From NCBI GenBank assembly GCA_038251755.1, contig JBBSAZ010000001.1, forward strand, positions 1-59,041: a stretch of DNA of 59,041 nt, read 5' to 3'. This document shows, one piece after another, positions 10,493 to 20,663 of this stretch (positions within the stretch are counted from its first letter, which is position 1; each line of letters opens with the position of its first letter). The position numbers were made by a program, and so were the translations under genes. The notes beneath the pieces are model-generated. The model made no database searches, had not been told where the DNA came from, and worked only from the letters and a program-made list of their open reading frames with translations. Source of the DNA: Caulobacterales bacterium. Lineage in GTDB: Bacteria; Pseudomonadota; Alphaproteobacteria; Caulobacterales; Hyphomonadaceae.

Positions 10493-11869
10493 ATGACCGC
10501 GACCCCCGACGCCAAGCCTCTGAAGGGCCTGTTTATCAGGACCTATGGCTGCCAGATGAATGTCTACGACTCCGAGCGCATCCGCGATGTGCTGAAGCCG
10601 CTCGGCTATGCGCCGGTCGATGCGCCCGAAGGCGCAGACCTGGTGGTGATCAACACCTGCCATATCCGCGAGAAGGCGACCGAGAAGGTCTATTCCGAAC
10701 TCGGCAAGCTGAAGCAGATGAAACTCGCCTCCGGCGGGAAAATGACCATCGCGGTCGCCGGCTGCGTCGCGCAGGCCGAAGGCGCGGAGATCATCCGGCG
10801 CCAGCCTGCCGTCGATCTCGTGCTGGGCCCGCAGGCCTATCACAAGCTGCCGGAAATGATCGCCCGCGCCAGCCGCGCGGTTGGTGACCGGCTGGAGACC
10901 GCGTTCGACACGGTCGCGAAGTTTGACGCCCTGCCCAAGACGCGCGAGCCCGATGGCCCGGCCGCGTTCGTGTCCGTGCAGGAAGGGTGCGACAAGTTCT
11001 GCACGTTCTGTGTCGTGCCCTATACGCGCGGCGCCGAAATTTCCCGGAACGTGGACGATATTGTCTCGGAAATTCGCGACCTCGCCTCCAAGGGCGTGCG
11101 GGAAGTCTCCCTGCTCGGCCAGAACGTCAATGCCTTCCACGGCGCTGCCCCGCGCCTCGAGGGCGGCGCCGACTGGACGCTCGGACAACTCGTCCGCCAC
11201 ATCGCCAGGATCGGCGGCATCGAGCGCATCCGCTATACCACCAGCCATCCGCGCGACATGGATGATGACCTGATTGCCGCGCACGGCGATACGCCGGCGA
11301 TGATGCCTTTCCTGCACCTGCCGGTTCAGTCCGGTTCCGACCGCATCCTCAAGGCGATGAACCGGGGCCATACCGCCGATCATTATCGGGACATCATCGC
11401 CCGCGTCCGCAAGGCTCGGCCGGATATCGCCATCGCAACGGACTTCATCGTCGGCTTTCCCGGCGAGAGCGATGCGGATTTCGAGGCCACGATGCAGCTT
11501 GTGCGCGATATCGGCTTCGCGGTGGCCTATTCGTTCAAGTATTCCTCACGCCCGGGGACACCGGCGGCGGAAATGCACGGTCATCTCTCCGAGACGGTGA
11601 AAGACGAACGCCTGCAGGCTTTGCAGTCCCTGCTGCGGGACCAGCAGACGGCTTTCAATGAGGCCCAGATCGGCAAGACGCTCTCCGTTCTCGTCACCGG
11701 CAAAGGCCGCAATCCAGGCCAGATGCACGGCCGCTCACCTTACCTTCAGGCGCTTCATTTCGATGGAACCGACGCGCTGATCAATACGTTGGTGGACGTG
11801 AAGATCGTTTCAGCCAGTCTGAATTCCGTTGCCGGTGAACGCGTGCGCGCGCATGAGCCCGCCGCGTGA
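10493..11869 (+). CDS. miaB: tRNA methylthiotransferase MiaB
   Basis: [11 protein letters not shown], radical [15 protein letters not shown] domain; upstream of phoH-ybeY. Confidence 0.97.
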   Translation: MTATPDAKPLKGLFIRTYGCQMNVYDSERIRDVLKPLGYAPVDAPEGADLVVINTCHIREKATEKVYSELGKLKQMKLASGGKMTIAVAGCVAQAEGAEIIRRQPAVDLVLGPQAYHKLPEMIARASRAVGDRLETAFDTVAKFDALPKTREPDGPAAFVSVQEGCDKFCTFCVVPYTRGAEISRNVDDIVSEIRDLASKGVREVSLLGQNVNAFHGAAPRLEGGADWTLGQLVRHIARIGGIERIRYTTSHPRDMDDDLIAAHGDTPAMMPFLHLPVQSGSDRILKAMNRGHTADHYRDIIARVRKARPDIAIATDFIVGFPGESDADFEATMQLVRDIGFAVAYSFKYSSRPGTPAAEMHGHLSETVKDERLQALQSLLRDQQTAFNEAQIGKTLSVLVTGKGRNPGQMHGRSPYLQALHFDGTDALINTLVDVKIVSASLNSVAGERVRAHEPAA

Positions 11870-12852
11870 GCGCCAAACGTCCCCCCGCCGGTGCGCAGAA
11901 TTCCGGTTCCGTGAGCCGCGTTTATACCGTCAATCAGGCCGAACGGCTGCGCGACTTGTGTGGGCCGCATCATCGCAATCTCGCACTTCTTGAGTCCCGC
12001 CTGAAATCCTTTGGCCTGCGCGCCGAGAGCATGGGCGGCGGAATCCGTCTCGATGGCGCGGAGGAGGGCGTGTCCCTCGCCGAGGCAGCCCTGGCCGAGT
12101 TCGAGCGACGGTTGCGCAATGGCGCCGAGCCGACGGAAATGGAACTGGAAGGCGCGCTGCAGGCCGCCCAATCGCCCTCGCAATCCTTCTCCGGCCTGAA
12201 GGGGCTGCGCAAGCCTGTCACCGCGATGACGCGCGGCCAGGCCAAGTATATCGAACTGCTCGCCCAGCCCGAAAACGCGCTGGTCTTCGGCGTCGGCCCG
12301 GCCGGTACCGGCAAGACCTTTCTCGCGGTCGCGACGGGTGTCGCCGAATTGCAGGCGGGCCTTCGCCAGCGGCTGATCGTGACGCGTCCGGCAGTCGAGG
12401 CGGGCGAGAAGCTCGGCTTCCTGCCTGGCACGCTGGAAGAAAAGGTCGATCCCTACATGCTGCCGATCTGGGACGCCCTGCGCGAACTGATGGGGCAGGA
12501 GCAGATGGAGCGCCGCATGCTGCGCGGCGAGATCGAAGTTGCGCCGATCGCGTTCATGCGCGGGCGCACGCTGAAGAATGCCTTTGTCATCGTTGACGAA
12601 GCGCAGAACACCACCGTCGCCCAGATGAAGATGGTGCTGACGCGTCTCGGCCGGGACAGCCGCATGGTGGTCACCGGCGACCCCGACCAGGTTGACCTTC
12701 CGGGCACCCAGTCTTCCGGACTGAAACACGCCCTGCGCATCCTCGAGAATGTCGAAGGTATCGCCGCCCACCGGCTGACGGCCGCTGACGTCGTGCGCCA
12801 TGGCCTCGTCAGCCGCATCATCGACGCCTATGCGGCGGCAGGCGAAAGCTGA
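11866..12852 (+). CDS. phoH: PhoH-family ATPase (YbeZ)
   Basis: [34 protein letters not shown]; GTGA overlap with miaB. Confidence 0.95.
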   Translation: MSAKRPPAGAQNSGSVSRVYTVNQAERLRDLCGPHHRNLALLESRLKSFGLRAESMGGGIRLDGAEEGVSLAEAALAEFERRLRNGAEPTEMELEGALQAAQSPSQSFSGLKGLRKPVTAMTRGQAKYIELLAQPENALVFGVGPAGTGKTFLAVATGVAELQAGLRQRLIVTRPAVEAGEKLGFLPGTLEEKVDPYMLPIWDALRELMGQEQMERRMLRGEIEVAPIAFMRGRTLKNAFVIVDEAQNTTVAQMKMVLTRLGRDSRMVVTGDPDQVDLPGTQSSGLKHALRILENVEGIAAHRLTAADVVRHGLVSRIIDAYAAAGES

Positions 12853-12860
12853 GCGCCGCC

Positions 12861-13325
12861 ATGATCGATGTCGCCTTGATCGTCGAAGGGGAGGCCTGGT
12901 CCGCCCTGGGGGATCTTGATGCCTTGAGCCGCCGTGCCTTTGCCGCCGCCGCACGGCAGGCGCCGGCGGAAGGCCTTGTCTCCCTGCTGCTGACCGATGA
13001 CGGCGAACTGCGCCAGCTGAACCGGGATTTCCGCGGCAAGGACAAGCCGACCGACGTGTTGTCCTTTCCGGCCCTGCCGATGGACCGCCCGCTGCTCGGC
13101 GACATTGCGGTCGCCCACGGCGTCGCTGCACGGGACGCCGCCGAACAAGGCAAGGCGATGCCCGAACACCTGACGCACCTGCTGATCCACGGCTACCTGC
13201 ACCTGCTCGGACACGACCATGAAACGCCGGAAGAAGCGGCGCAGATGGAAACCCTCGAGATCAGCGCGCTTGCCTCCCTCGGCATAGCCAATCCATACCT
13301 GCTCTGCGACACAGGCTCCCCATGA
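12861..13325 (+). CDS. ybeY: rRNA maturation endoribonuclease YbeY
   Basis: [28 protein letters not shown]. Confidence 0.96.
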   Translation: MIDVALIVEGEAWSALGDLDALSRRAFAAAARQAPAEGLVSLLLTDDGELRQLNRDFRGKDKPTDVLSFPALPMDRPLLGDIAVAHGVAARDAAEQGKAMPEHLTHLLIHGYLHLLGHDHETPEEAAQMETLEISALASLGIANPYLLCDTGSP

Positions 13326-14176
13326 GTGATTCTGACCCTTCCGATCCGTCCGGACGATTACGCGGCCTCTTCGGCTTCCGGCGCAAACCTGCGCCGCAAC
13401 CGGAGACCGGCAATGCGGCCTCGGTTGCCGAAAGCGCGCCGCAGGTCATGCGCCTTCGGGTCGCCGAATTCGAGCAGCTGCGCGTCTATGATGTCATGGT
13501 GCCGCGCGCCGAAATTCAGGCGGTCGAGGCGGGTACCGATTTCCCGGACCTGCTCCGCTTCTTCGCCGAAGTGACCCATTCGCGCCTGCCGGTCTTCCGC
13601 GAGACCCTCGATGATCCGATCGGGTTCGTGCACATCAAGGACGTGGTCAGCGAACTGGCCAAGGACGAGACGCTGCCGAAGCGGCCGCTGGAGCGCCTGC
13701 ACCGCGAAGTCCTGTACGTCCCGCCCTCGATGAAGCTGACCGACCTGCTGGTAAAGATGCAGGCGACCCGCATCCATCTCGCGCTCGTCGTCGACGAATA
13801 CGGCGGTACCGATGGCCTCCTGACACTTGAAGACCTCGTCGAAGTGATCGTCGGCGATATCGAAGACGAGCATGATGATGACGAGCCGCTCTTCATCCGC
13901 CGCAGCGCCCGTCTCTGGGAAGCTGATGCGCGCATGGAAATCGACGAGTTCGCCGAAGAATCCGGTGTCGACCTGGGCCTCGCCGACAGCGACGCCGAGA
14001 TCGATACGCTCGGCGGCGTCGCTGTGGCGCTCGCCGGCAAGGTTCCGCTGCGCGGCGAAGTCCTGCGGCATCCCGGCGGGGCCGAACTTGAAATCATGGA
14101 AGCCGATTCCCGGCGTATCCGGCGCCTGAAGCTCCGCCTGCCCGAGCCGCCCGCATCCCCGCCTCCCGAGGAGTAG
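13322..14176 (+). CDS. CBS/CorC-HlyC domain protein (CorC/YbeX-like)
   Basis: [37 protein letters not shown]; conserved synteny. Confidence 0.92.
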   Translation: MSDSDPSDPSGRLRGLFGFRRKPAPQPETGNAASVAESAPQVMRLRVAEFEQLRVYDVMVPRAEIQAVEAGTDFPDLLRFFAEVTHSRLPVFRETLDDPIGFVHIKDVVSELAKDETLPKRPLERLHREVLYVPPSMKLTDLLVKMQATRIHLALVVDEYGGTDGLLTLEDLVEVIVGDIEDEHDDDEPLFIRRSARLWEADARMEIDEFAEESGVDLGLADSDAEIDTLGGVAVALAGKVPLRGEVLRHPGGAELEIMEADSRRIRRLKLRLPEPPASPPPEE

Positions 14177-14183
14177 AGTTCGA

Positions 14184-15827
14184 ATGTCAGAACCTGTCCG
14201 CAGCCACGGCTTCACGGCTTTGGGGCCCCTTCATGAGTCGCTGGCGCGCCTCAATGGGTGGAAAGCCGCGGCCGCCGCCGCCTTCTTCGGCGCGCTGGCC
14301 GCCTTCGCGTTTGCGCCGTTTCACTTCAGCGCCGTGCTGGCGATTTCCTTCACCGCGCTCGTCTGGATGATTGACGGCGCCCGGGCACACCGCCGCTGGG
14401 GCCGCCAGGTGGCGCTCCGGGGGTGGGCCTTCGGCTCCGGCTTCTTCCTCGTCAGCATGCACTGGACGGCGATGCCGTTCCTCGTGAACCCCGAACAGCA
14501 CCTCGCCTTTATCTGGTTGCCGCTGATTGTCCTGCCCGCCGGTATGGGTTTGATCTGGGGCGCCTGCGCCGCGATGGCCGGCGCCTTCTGGTCCGCTTCA
14601 CCCTCGCGCATCTTCGTTTTTGCGGCCTTCTTCGCGCTCGCCGAATGGGTGCGCGGCCATCTGTTCGGCGGATTTCCCTGGAACCTGCCGGGCACGACGT
14701 GGATTCCGGGCGGCGCCCTCTCTCAGGCGGCCTCGCTCGGCGGTGTCTACTGGCTCACCCTGCTCACCGTCTTCGTGATGGCGGCGCCGGCCGCGCTCGT
14801 CGACACGCGCGACGCGCGCGGTCTCGGCCTGCGCATGGCGCCGTCTTTCGCCGCCGTCGTCGCGCTCGCCTTCGGCTGGGCCTGGGGCGCCGAGCGCACG
14901 GCCGCGCCCTCCCCGATGACTGACCAGCAGGTCGTGATCATGGATGCCGGCGTGCCGCAGGCCGACTGGGACCGGATGGAGCCCGGCGCGGTGCTGGTCG
15001 AATATGTCCGTATGCTGACATATCCCGACAGCCGGCCCGGCGACATCGTGATCTGGCCGGAAGGCGCTGTGCCCGGCTTCCTGCTTCAGGAGTCGGACTC
15101 GCTCGACGCGATCTCCTCCTATATCGGCGAGCGCAAGCTGATCGTCGGGGCCACACGCTATGAATGGTTCTCCGAAGACACGCCCGTTTACTATAACAGT
15201 CTCGCGGTCCTCGATGCCTCGGCCAACAATACCGGCCCCATCGCGCTGTACGACAAGCACCGCCTGGTCCCGTTCGGCGAACTGGCCGCTGTCGATTTCA
15301 TCCCGTTTGGCCGGGAGTTTGCCGCGCTGCTTCCGCCGACCACCCAGCGCCTTGCTGCGTCCGGTTTTCGTCCCGGGGGAGGGGCGACGGCGGTCGACAC
15401 TGCGCAGATTCCTCCCTTCGTCGCGTTGATCTGCTATGAAGGCCTGTTCCCGGAAATCACCCGCAAGGCGAACGAGACCGACCGGGCACAATGGATTGTA
15501 TTGATCTCGAACGACGCCTGGTTCGGCGCCGGCATGGGTCCTGCGCAGCACTACGCCCAGAACCGCTACCGCGCGATCGAGACCGGCCTGCCGCTGGTGC
15601 GCGCCGCCAACCGGGGCGCCTCCGGCATCGTTGACGGGTATGGCCGCGAGACAATGCGCACGCTGCCTGCCGAAACCGCACCGGAAGGTTGGGCGACGAC
15701 CTATGGCCGCGACCGCGTTCCGGAACCAGCGCCCGTCACGGTCTTCCAGACCCGCCTCGGCGCCGGCCTATTCTGGTTCAGCCTCTGCCTATTTGCCCTA
15801 CTGGCCTTCCTTAGCTGGAGGCGTTAA
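14184..15827 (+). CDS. lnt: Apolipoprotein N-acyltransferase
   Basis: FGGFPW, IWPE, YDKHRLVPFGE, LICYE, SNDAWF, RAIETG. Confidence 0.96.
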   Translation: MSEPVRSHGFTALGPLHESLARLNGWKAAAAAAFFGALAAFAFAPFHFSAVLAISFTALVWMIDGARAHRRWGRQVALRGWAFGSGFFLVSMHWTAMPFLVNPEQHLAFIWLPLIVLPAGMGLIWGACAAMAGAFWSASPSRIFVFAAFFALAEWVRGHLFGGFPWNLPGTTWIPGGALSQAASLGGVYWLTLLTVFVMAAPAALVDTRDARGLGLRMAPSFAAVVALAFGWAWGAERTAAPSPMTDQQVVIMDAGVPQADWDRMEPGAVLVEYVRMLTYPDSRPGDIVIWPEGAVPGFLLQESDSLDAISSYIGERKLIVGATRYEWFSEDTPVYYNSLAVLDASANNTGPIALYDKHRLVPFGELAAVDFIPFGREFAALLPPTTQRLAASGFRPGGGATAVDTAQIPPFVALICYEGLFPEITRKANETDRAQWIVLISNDAWFGAGMGPAQHYAQNRYRAIETGLPLVRAANRGASGIVDGYGRETMRTLPAETAPEGWATTYGRDRVPEPAPVTVFQTRLGAGLFWFSLCLFALLAFLSWRR

Positions 15828-15868
15828 GTGCGTCTGACGCCCGCCAGGACAGCGCGAGGGGTTGGAGC

Positions 15869-16291
15869 ATGACGGACAGCAAACTTCCGAGCGGGATCGA
15901 CCGTGTGGTTGGCCAGCGCATCCGTTGGCGTCGCCGCGAACTCAAGCTGACACAGGAACGTCTTGGCGAACTGCTGGAGCTGACTTTCCAGCAGGTTCAG
16001 AAATACGAGAAGGGCGTCAACCGCGTCTCGGCGGGCCGTCTGTATGAAATTGCCGGCGTGCTCGGTGTGCCGATCAGTTATTTCTTTGACGGCGCCGAAG
16101 AATTCCTCGGCGCCGAGCAGTCCGAGTTCGCCGAAGACGAAGACGAACCCCACGCGCCGGTCATGACACCCGAAATGCTGGAACTCATTTCCGCGTTCCA
16201 GAAGATTGAAGATATCTCGCTGCGCAAGTCGTTGCTGAACACGGTGCGCGCTGCCGCGTCCGCCTTCGACAACCGCTCCGGCCAGGATTGA
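15869..16291 (+). CDS. XRE-family HTH transcriptional regulator
   Basis: LTFQQVQKYEKGVNRVSAGRL signature. Confidence 0.93.
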   Translation: MTDSKLPSGIDRVVGQRIRWRRRELKLTQERLGELLELTFQQVQKYEKGVNRVSAGRLYEIAGVLGVPISYFFDGAEEFLGAEQSEFAEDEDEPHAPVMTPEMLELISAFQKIEDISLRKSLLNTVRAAASAFDNRSGQD

Positions 16292-16303
16292 TCCGGTTTC
16301 GTC

Positions 16304-17005
16304 ATGAGCGCGCCTGAACAGGATGGTTTGAGGGATCGCCCGATCCGCACGTTCGGGCGCACCGGCGGGCGCCCGCTGTCGCCGCGCCAGCAACAGTTGA
16401 TCGAAACCCGGCTCGGCCACTGGCGTCTGCCGCAACCCTCCGCGCCGGAATTTCAGCCCCTCAGCCTCTTTCCGTCCGCGCGTGCCGTCTGGCTGGAGAT
16501 CGGTTTCGGCGGCGGCGAACATCTCGTGGCCCAGGCGGCCGCGAACCCGGAGACCGGCTTTATCGGGTGCGAGCCCTTCGTCGAGGGCGTCGCCAAGGCT
16601 ATCGCGGGGATCGAGGACAACGCGCTCACCAATGTCCGTCTGTGGCCGGATGATGCGCGCCTCCTGCTGGAGGCTTTCGCGCCCGCTTCCGTCGAACGTG
16701 TCTTCATCCTGTTTCCTGATCCCTGGCCGAAACGGCGTCAGCAGAAACGCCGTCTCGTGCAGCCGGATTTCGTGGCCGGGCTTGCCCGTATCCTCGCCCC
16801 CGGCGGGCGGCTGCGTTTTGCGACCGATGTCGCGAGCTATGCCGATGAGGCGCTGCTCGCCTTTCTGGGGAATGATGCCTTCGCGTGGACCGCCGCACGC
16901 GCCGATGACTGGCGCTGTCCGCCCGCGGATCATGTGACGACGCGTTACGAAGCCAAGAAGCTCGGCGATTGTGCCCCGATCTGGTACGATTTTCTGCGTA
17001 TCTGA
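16304..17005 (+). CDS. trmB: tRNA (guanine-N7)-methyltransferase
   Basis: LEIGFGGGEHL, FPDPWPK, ATD, TRYEAK. Confidence 0.95.
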   Translation: MSAPEQDGLRDRPIRTFGRTGGRPLSPRQQQLIETRLGHWRLPQPSAPEFQPLSLFPSARAVWLEIGFGGGEHLVAQAAANPETGFIGCEPFVEGVAKAIAGIEDNALTNVRLWPDDARLLLEAFAPASVERVFILFPDPWPKRRQQKRRLVQPDFVAGLARILAPGGRLRFATDVASYADEALLAFLGNDAFAWTAARADDWRCPPADHVTTRYEAKKLGDCAPIWYDFLRI

Positions 17006-17008
17006 GCC

Positions 17009-17017
17009 TGTGGATAA
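17009..17017 (-). promoter_or_regulatory. Perfect DnaA box (TTATCCACA) beside TTGACA, upstream of cspA
   Basis: Plus strand TGTGGATAA at 17009-17017 and TTGACA at 17020-17025; function unproven. Confidence 0.35.
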
Positions 17018-17189
17018 TCTTGACATTTCAGGTCGATTATGGCCTTTTTTGTCGCATCGAAACCGGTCGGTCTGAATATCAAGACCCCGTCAGACCGACG
17101 GCAATGACTTTCCCTCCCCCGCTTTCGATGGGCACCGGCATGGCGCATCCCGCGCTTGTCGCGGCCCGGAACGGTAAAGGAAGGCCAGT

Positions 17190-17399
17190 ATGGCAACCGG
17201 AAAAGTAAAGTGGTTCAACGACCAAAAAGGCTTTGGCTTCATCAAGCCGGATGAGGGCGGCGCCGACGTGTTCGTCCACATTTCTGCTGTCGAGCGGTCG
17301 GGCCTGCGCACGCTGGCCGAGAACCAGTCGATCCAGTATGAACTGCACAAGGACGAGCGCCGCGGCAAGACCTCGGCCGTGGACCTCAAAATCCTCTAG
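17190..17399 (+). CDS. cspA: Cold-shock protein
   Basis: GKVKWFN, KGFGFI, DVFVHISA; 69 aa; GGAAGG RBS. Confidence 0.96.
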   Translation: MATGKVKWFNDQKGFGFIKPDEGGADVFVHISAVERSGLRTLAENQSIQYELHKDERRGKTSAVDLKIL

Positions 17400-17528
17400 G
17401 TCATTCGCCCCCTTGCGGGGTGAGGACGCGGCGGCCCGGGCAACCTGGCCGCCGTTTGTGTTTTGTTCAGCCACCCCCTCGACACGCGCCTCATTCGAGA
17501 CTATCTAGCCGCCAAGTCGAAATATATC

Positions 17529-17566
17529 GGCGGCGGGTCCGGAAACGGGTCCGCCGTTTTTCTTTA
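17529..17566 (+). promoter_or_regulatory. rimP leader hairpin (attenuator-like)
   Basis: GGCGGGTCCG-GAAA-CGGGTCCGCC stem with GNRA loop followed by a T-rich tract, ~20 nt before rimP ATG. Confidence 0.6.
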
Positions 17567-17587
17567 TCCGGATTTGCCCCGCCCCTC

Positions 17588-18190
17588 ATGATCGCCCTGA
17601 CCGAACAGGAACGCCGCCTGCTGGACATCATCCGCCCTGTTGCGGACCGTCTCGGTATGGAAGTCGTGCGTCTGCGCGTCTCGGGCGGCCGGCGGCCGCA
17701 CCTGCAGGTGATGGCCGAGAAGGCCGGGGGCGCGCCGACGGATGTCGAGGACTGCGCCCGTCTCAGCCGCGCGATGGGCCCGGTCCTGGAAGAGGCCGAC
17801 CCGATCACCGAGGCCTATATCCTGGAAGTGTCCACGCCCGGCATCGACCGGCCGCTGACCCGCCCCGGCGATTTCGCCCGCTGGATCGGCCACGCCGCCC
17901 GCATCGAACTTGCCCGGCCGATTGACGGGCGCCGCCGGTTCACCGGCACAATCGTCGGCGAAGGCGAGGACGGGGTCCATATCGAGATCGACGACGAGAC
18001 CGAACTGGTCGCCGGCGTTCATGAGATGAGCCGGGCGACCCTCGTGCTGACGGATGAACTAATCGAAGCCGCCCGCGCCGCCGGCAATCTGCCGCCGCAG
18101 CCGGATGAAGATGAAGACATGCTCGCCGATTTCGAGATCGACGAGTCCGAAGACGACACAGATGAAGAAGAGACAGGAGATCTCCAATGA
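17588..18190 (+). CDS. rimP: Ribosome maturation factor RimP
   Basis: DVEDCARLSR, YILEVSTPGIDRPL; first gene of the nusA operon. Confidence 0.95.
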   Translation: MIALTEQERRLLDIIRPVADRLGMEVVRLRVSGGRRPHLQVMAEKAGGAPTDVEDCARLSRAMGPVLEEADPITEAYILEVSTPGIDRPLTRPGDFARWIGHAARIELARPIDGRRRFTGTIVGEGEDGVHIEIDDETELVAGVHEMSRATLVLTDELIEAARAAGNLPPQPDEDEDMLADFEIDESEDDTDEEETGDLQ

Positions 18191-19950
18191 CCACCGTAGG
18201 CGTGTCCGCCAACCGGCTTGAAATCCTGCAGATCGCGAAAGCGGTCGCGGAAGAGAAATCGATCGACCAGCGCATCGTGATCGAAGCGATGCAGGAGGCC
18301 ATCGAAAAGGCCGCCAAGGCCAAGTACGGCCAGGAGCACGACATCCGTGCCCGGATCGACCCCGCGACCGGCGAACAGACGCTGTGGCGCGTGCAGACGG
18401 TTGTCGCAGATGACAGCCTCGAAGACGAAGCCAAGCAGCTGCGTCTCACCGAGGCCAAGCGGATCGATGCCGCGCTGGTTATCGGCAGTGAACTGACGGA
18501 AGAGCTGCCGCCCTTCGACTTCGGACGCGTCGCCGCCCAGACGGCCAAGCAGGTGATCACGCAGAAAGTGCGCGATGCCGAACGCGAACGTCAGTACAAT
18601 GAATATAAAGACCGTGTCGGCGAGGTCATCAACGGCATCGTCAAGCGCGTCGAGTATGGTCACGTCATCGTCGATCTTGGCCGCGCCGAGGGCATCATCC
18701 GCCGCAATGACGGTATCCCGCGCGAGAATTTCCAGCCGAACGACCGCGTCCGCGCTTATCTCTACAAGGTCAGCCGTGAGCTGAAGGGCCCGCAGATCTT
18801 CCTGTCGCGCGCGGCGCCGGACTTCATGCGCAAGCTGTTCGCCCAGGAAGTGCCGGAAGTCTACGAAGGCGTCATCCAGATCAAGGCCTGCGCCCGTGAC
18901 CCCGGTTCGCGCGCCAAGATCGGCGTGATCTCGAACGACTCGTCCATTGATCCCGTCGGTGCCTGCGTCGGTATGCGCGGTGCGCGCGTGCAGGCGGTGG
19001 TCGGCGAGCTTTCGGGCGAGAAGATCGACATCATTCCGTGGAACTATGACGCCGCCACGTTCATCGTGAACGCGCTGCAGCCGGCGGAAGTCTCGAAAGT
19101 GGTGCTTGATGAAGACGAGCGCCGCGTCGAGGTCGTCGTGGCCGACGACCCGTTCCCGCTGGCCATTGGCCGCCGCGGCCAGAACGTCCGTCTCGCCTCG
19201 CAACTCACCGGCTGGCAGATCGACCTGATCACCGAGTCGGCGGACTCCGAGCGCTACCAGAAGGAATTCCAGGAGCGTACGGCGCTGTTCATGAAAGCTC
19301 TGGATGCGGACGAAACGCTCGCCCAGCTGCTCGCGTCCGAAGGCTTCGAATCGGTTGAGGAGATCGCCTTCGTCGCGCCGGAAGACTTCATCACCATCGA
19401 AGGCTTTGACAAGGACGTTGCCGAAGAGCTGCAGGAACGCGCGCGCGACTTCCTCGAACAGCTGGCGACAGAGAACGATACCAAGCGCCGCGAACTTGGC
19501 GTCGAGGATGACGTGATGGAGCTGGACAGCATGACGGCGTCCTTCGCCGTGAAACTTGGTGAGCAGGGCGTCAAGACGGTTGAAGACGTCGCCGGCCTCG
19601 TGCCGGACGATCTCACCGGCTACCGCGAGCCCGGTCCGGACGGCAAACCGGTTTGGGTGGAAGGCATCCTGAAGAAGGGCGAAATGCGCAAGGACGACGC
19701 CCAGATGTTCATCATGAAGGCACGCGTCATCGCAGGCTGGATCGAGCAGGAAGCCGTCGACGCGCTGATCGCGCAACAGGCGGGTGACGAAGTCGCGCCG
19801 GAGCTGACCGAGGAGGAGCGCGCGCTCCTCGCTCTCGGCGAGCTTGGCAACAATGATGATGACGAGGAAGCCCTGGCTGAGGAGCTGGGCATTGATCTGG
19901 CAGACCTGCAGATGGAGGGCGGCGATGAAGAAGCCGTACCCGAACAGTGA
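18187..19950 (+). CDS. nusA: Transcription termination/antitermination factor NusA
   Basis: [45 protein letters not shown], acidic C-terminal repeats. Confidence 0.98.
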   Translation: MTTVGVSANRLEILQIAKAVAEEKSIDQRIVIEAMQEAIEKAAKAKYGQEHDIRARIDPATGEQTLWRVQTVVADDSLEDEAKQLRLTEAKRIDAALVIGSELTEELPPFDFGRVAAQTAKQVITQKVRDAERERQYNEYKDRVGEVINGIVKRVEYGHVIVDLGRAEGIIRRNDGIPRENFQPNDRVRAYLYKVSRELKGPQIFLSRAAPDFMRKLFAQEVPEVYEGVIQIKACARDPGSRAKIGVISNDSSIDPVGACVGMRGARVQAVVGELSGEKIDIIPWNYDAATFIVNALQPAEVSKVVLDEDERRVEVVVADDPFPLAIGRRGQNVRLASQLTGWQIDLITESADSERYQKEFQERTALFMKALDADETLAQLLASEGFESVEEIAFVAPEDFITIEGFDKDVAEELQERARDFLEQLATENDTKRRELGVEDDVMELDSMTASFAVKLGEQGVKTVEDVAGLVPDDLTGYREPGPDGKPVWVEGILKKGEMRKDDAQMFIMKARVIAGWIEQEAVDALIAQQAGDEVAPELTEEERALLALGELGNNDDDEEALAEELGIDLADLQMEGGDEEAVPEQ

Positions 19951-20608
19951 ACCGGGTCTGATCCCCGACAATGAAGAAGACGCGGACGGCGATGCTTCGG
20001 CATCGCCGGAGCGTCAGTGCGCCGTCACGCGCGAGCGCCTCCCGAAGGAGGCGATGATCCGATTTGTTCTGTCGCCTGACAATCTTGTCACGCCGGACAT
20101 CGCCGCCCGCCTGCCGGGCAGGGGCGTCTGGGTTGCAGCGGAGCGGCGTCATGTCGATACCGCGGCCGCCAAGGGTGCCTTTGCACGCGGCTTCAAGAGC
20201 GCGGTGACGGTTCCCGAAGGGCTGTCGGATCTGACCGAGCGCCTCCTCGTGAAACGCTGCGTTGATCTGCTCGGCCTCGCCCGCAAGGCAGGCCTCGCGA
20301 TCCAGGGGCATGACCAGGTGCGCGACGCGTTGCGCGGCAAGGAGCCCGCCTTTCTCCTCGAAGCCAGCGACGGCGCAGAGGATGGGCGCAACAAGGTGTA
20401 TTTTCTCGCCAAAGCCCTATATAGCGGCGTGAAAGTAGCCGGGGCGCTCAGCTCGCAGGAATTGGGCATGGCTTTCGGGCGCGACCGTGTGATACACGGC
20501 CTCGTCCGCCGGGGCGCCATCGCGAAGAATTGGGAGGTCGCCTACCGGCGCCTGACCGGATTTCGCGCTGCTCCCGAACTTCACTGGTTCCCTGAACCGG
20601 ATCGGTAA
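19925..20608 (+). CDS. YlxR/DUF448 RNA-binding protein with L7Ae-like C-terminus (start uncertain)
   Basis: PERQCAVTR, MIRFV, LPGRGVWV, LGLARKAG; lies between nusA and infB. Confidence 0.88.
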   Translation: MKKPYPNSEPGLIPDNEEDADGDASASPERQCAVTRERLPKEAMIRFVLSPDNLVTPDIAARLPGRGVWVAAERRHVDTAAAKGAFARGFKSAVTVPEGLSDLTERLLVKRCVDLLGLARKAGLAIQGHDQVRDALRGKEPAFLLEASDGAEDGRNKVYFLAKALYSGVKVAGALSSQELGMAFGRDRVIHGLVRRGAIAKNWEVAYRRLTGFRAAPELHWFPEPDR

Positions 20609-20663
20609 CGGAATCTGCCGGGACGCATGGGCGTCCGGGCTCAGAATATGATATGTAGGACGA

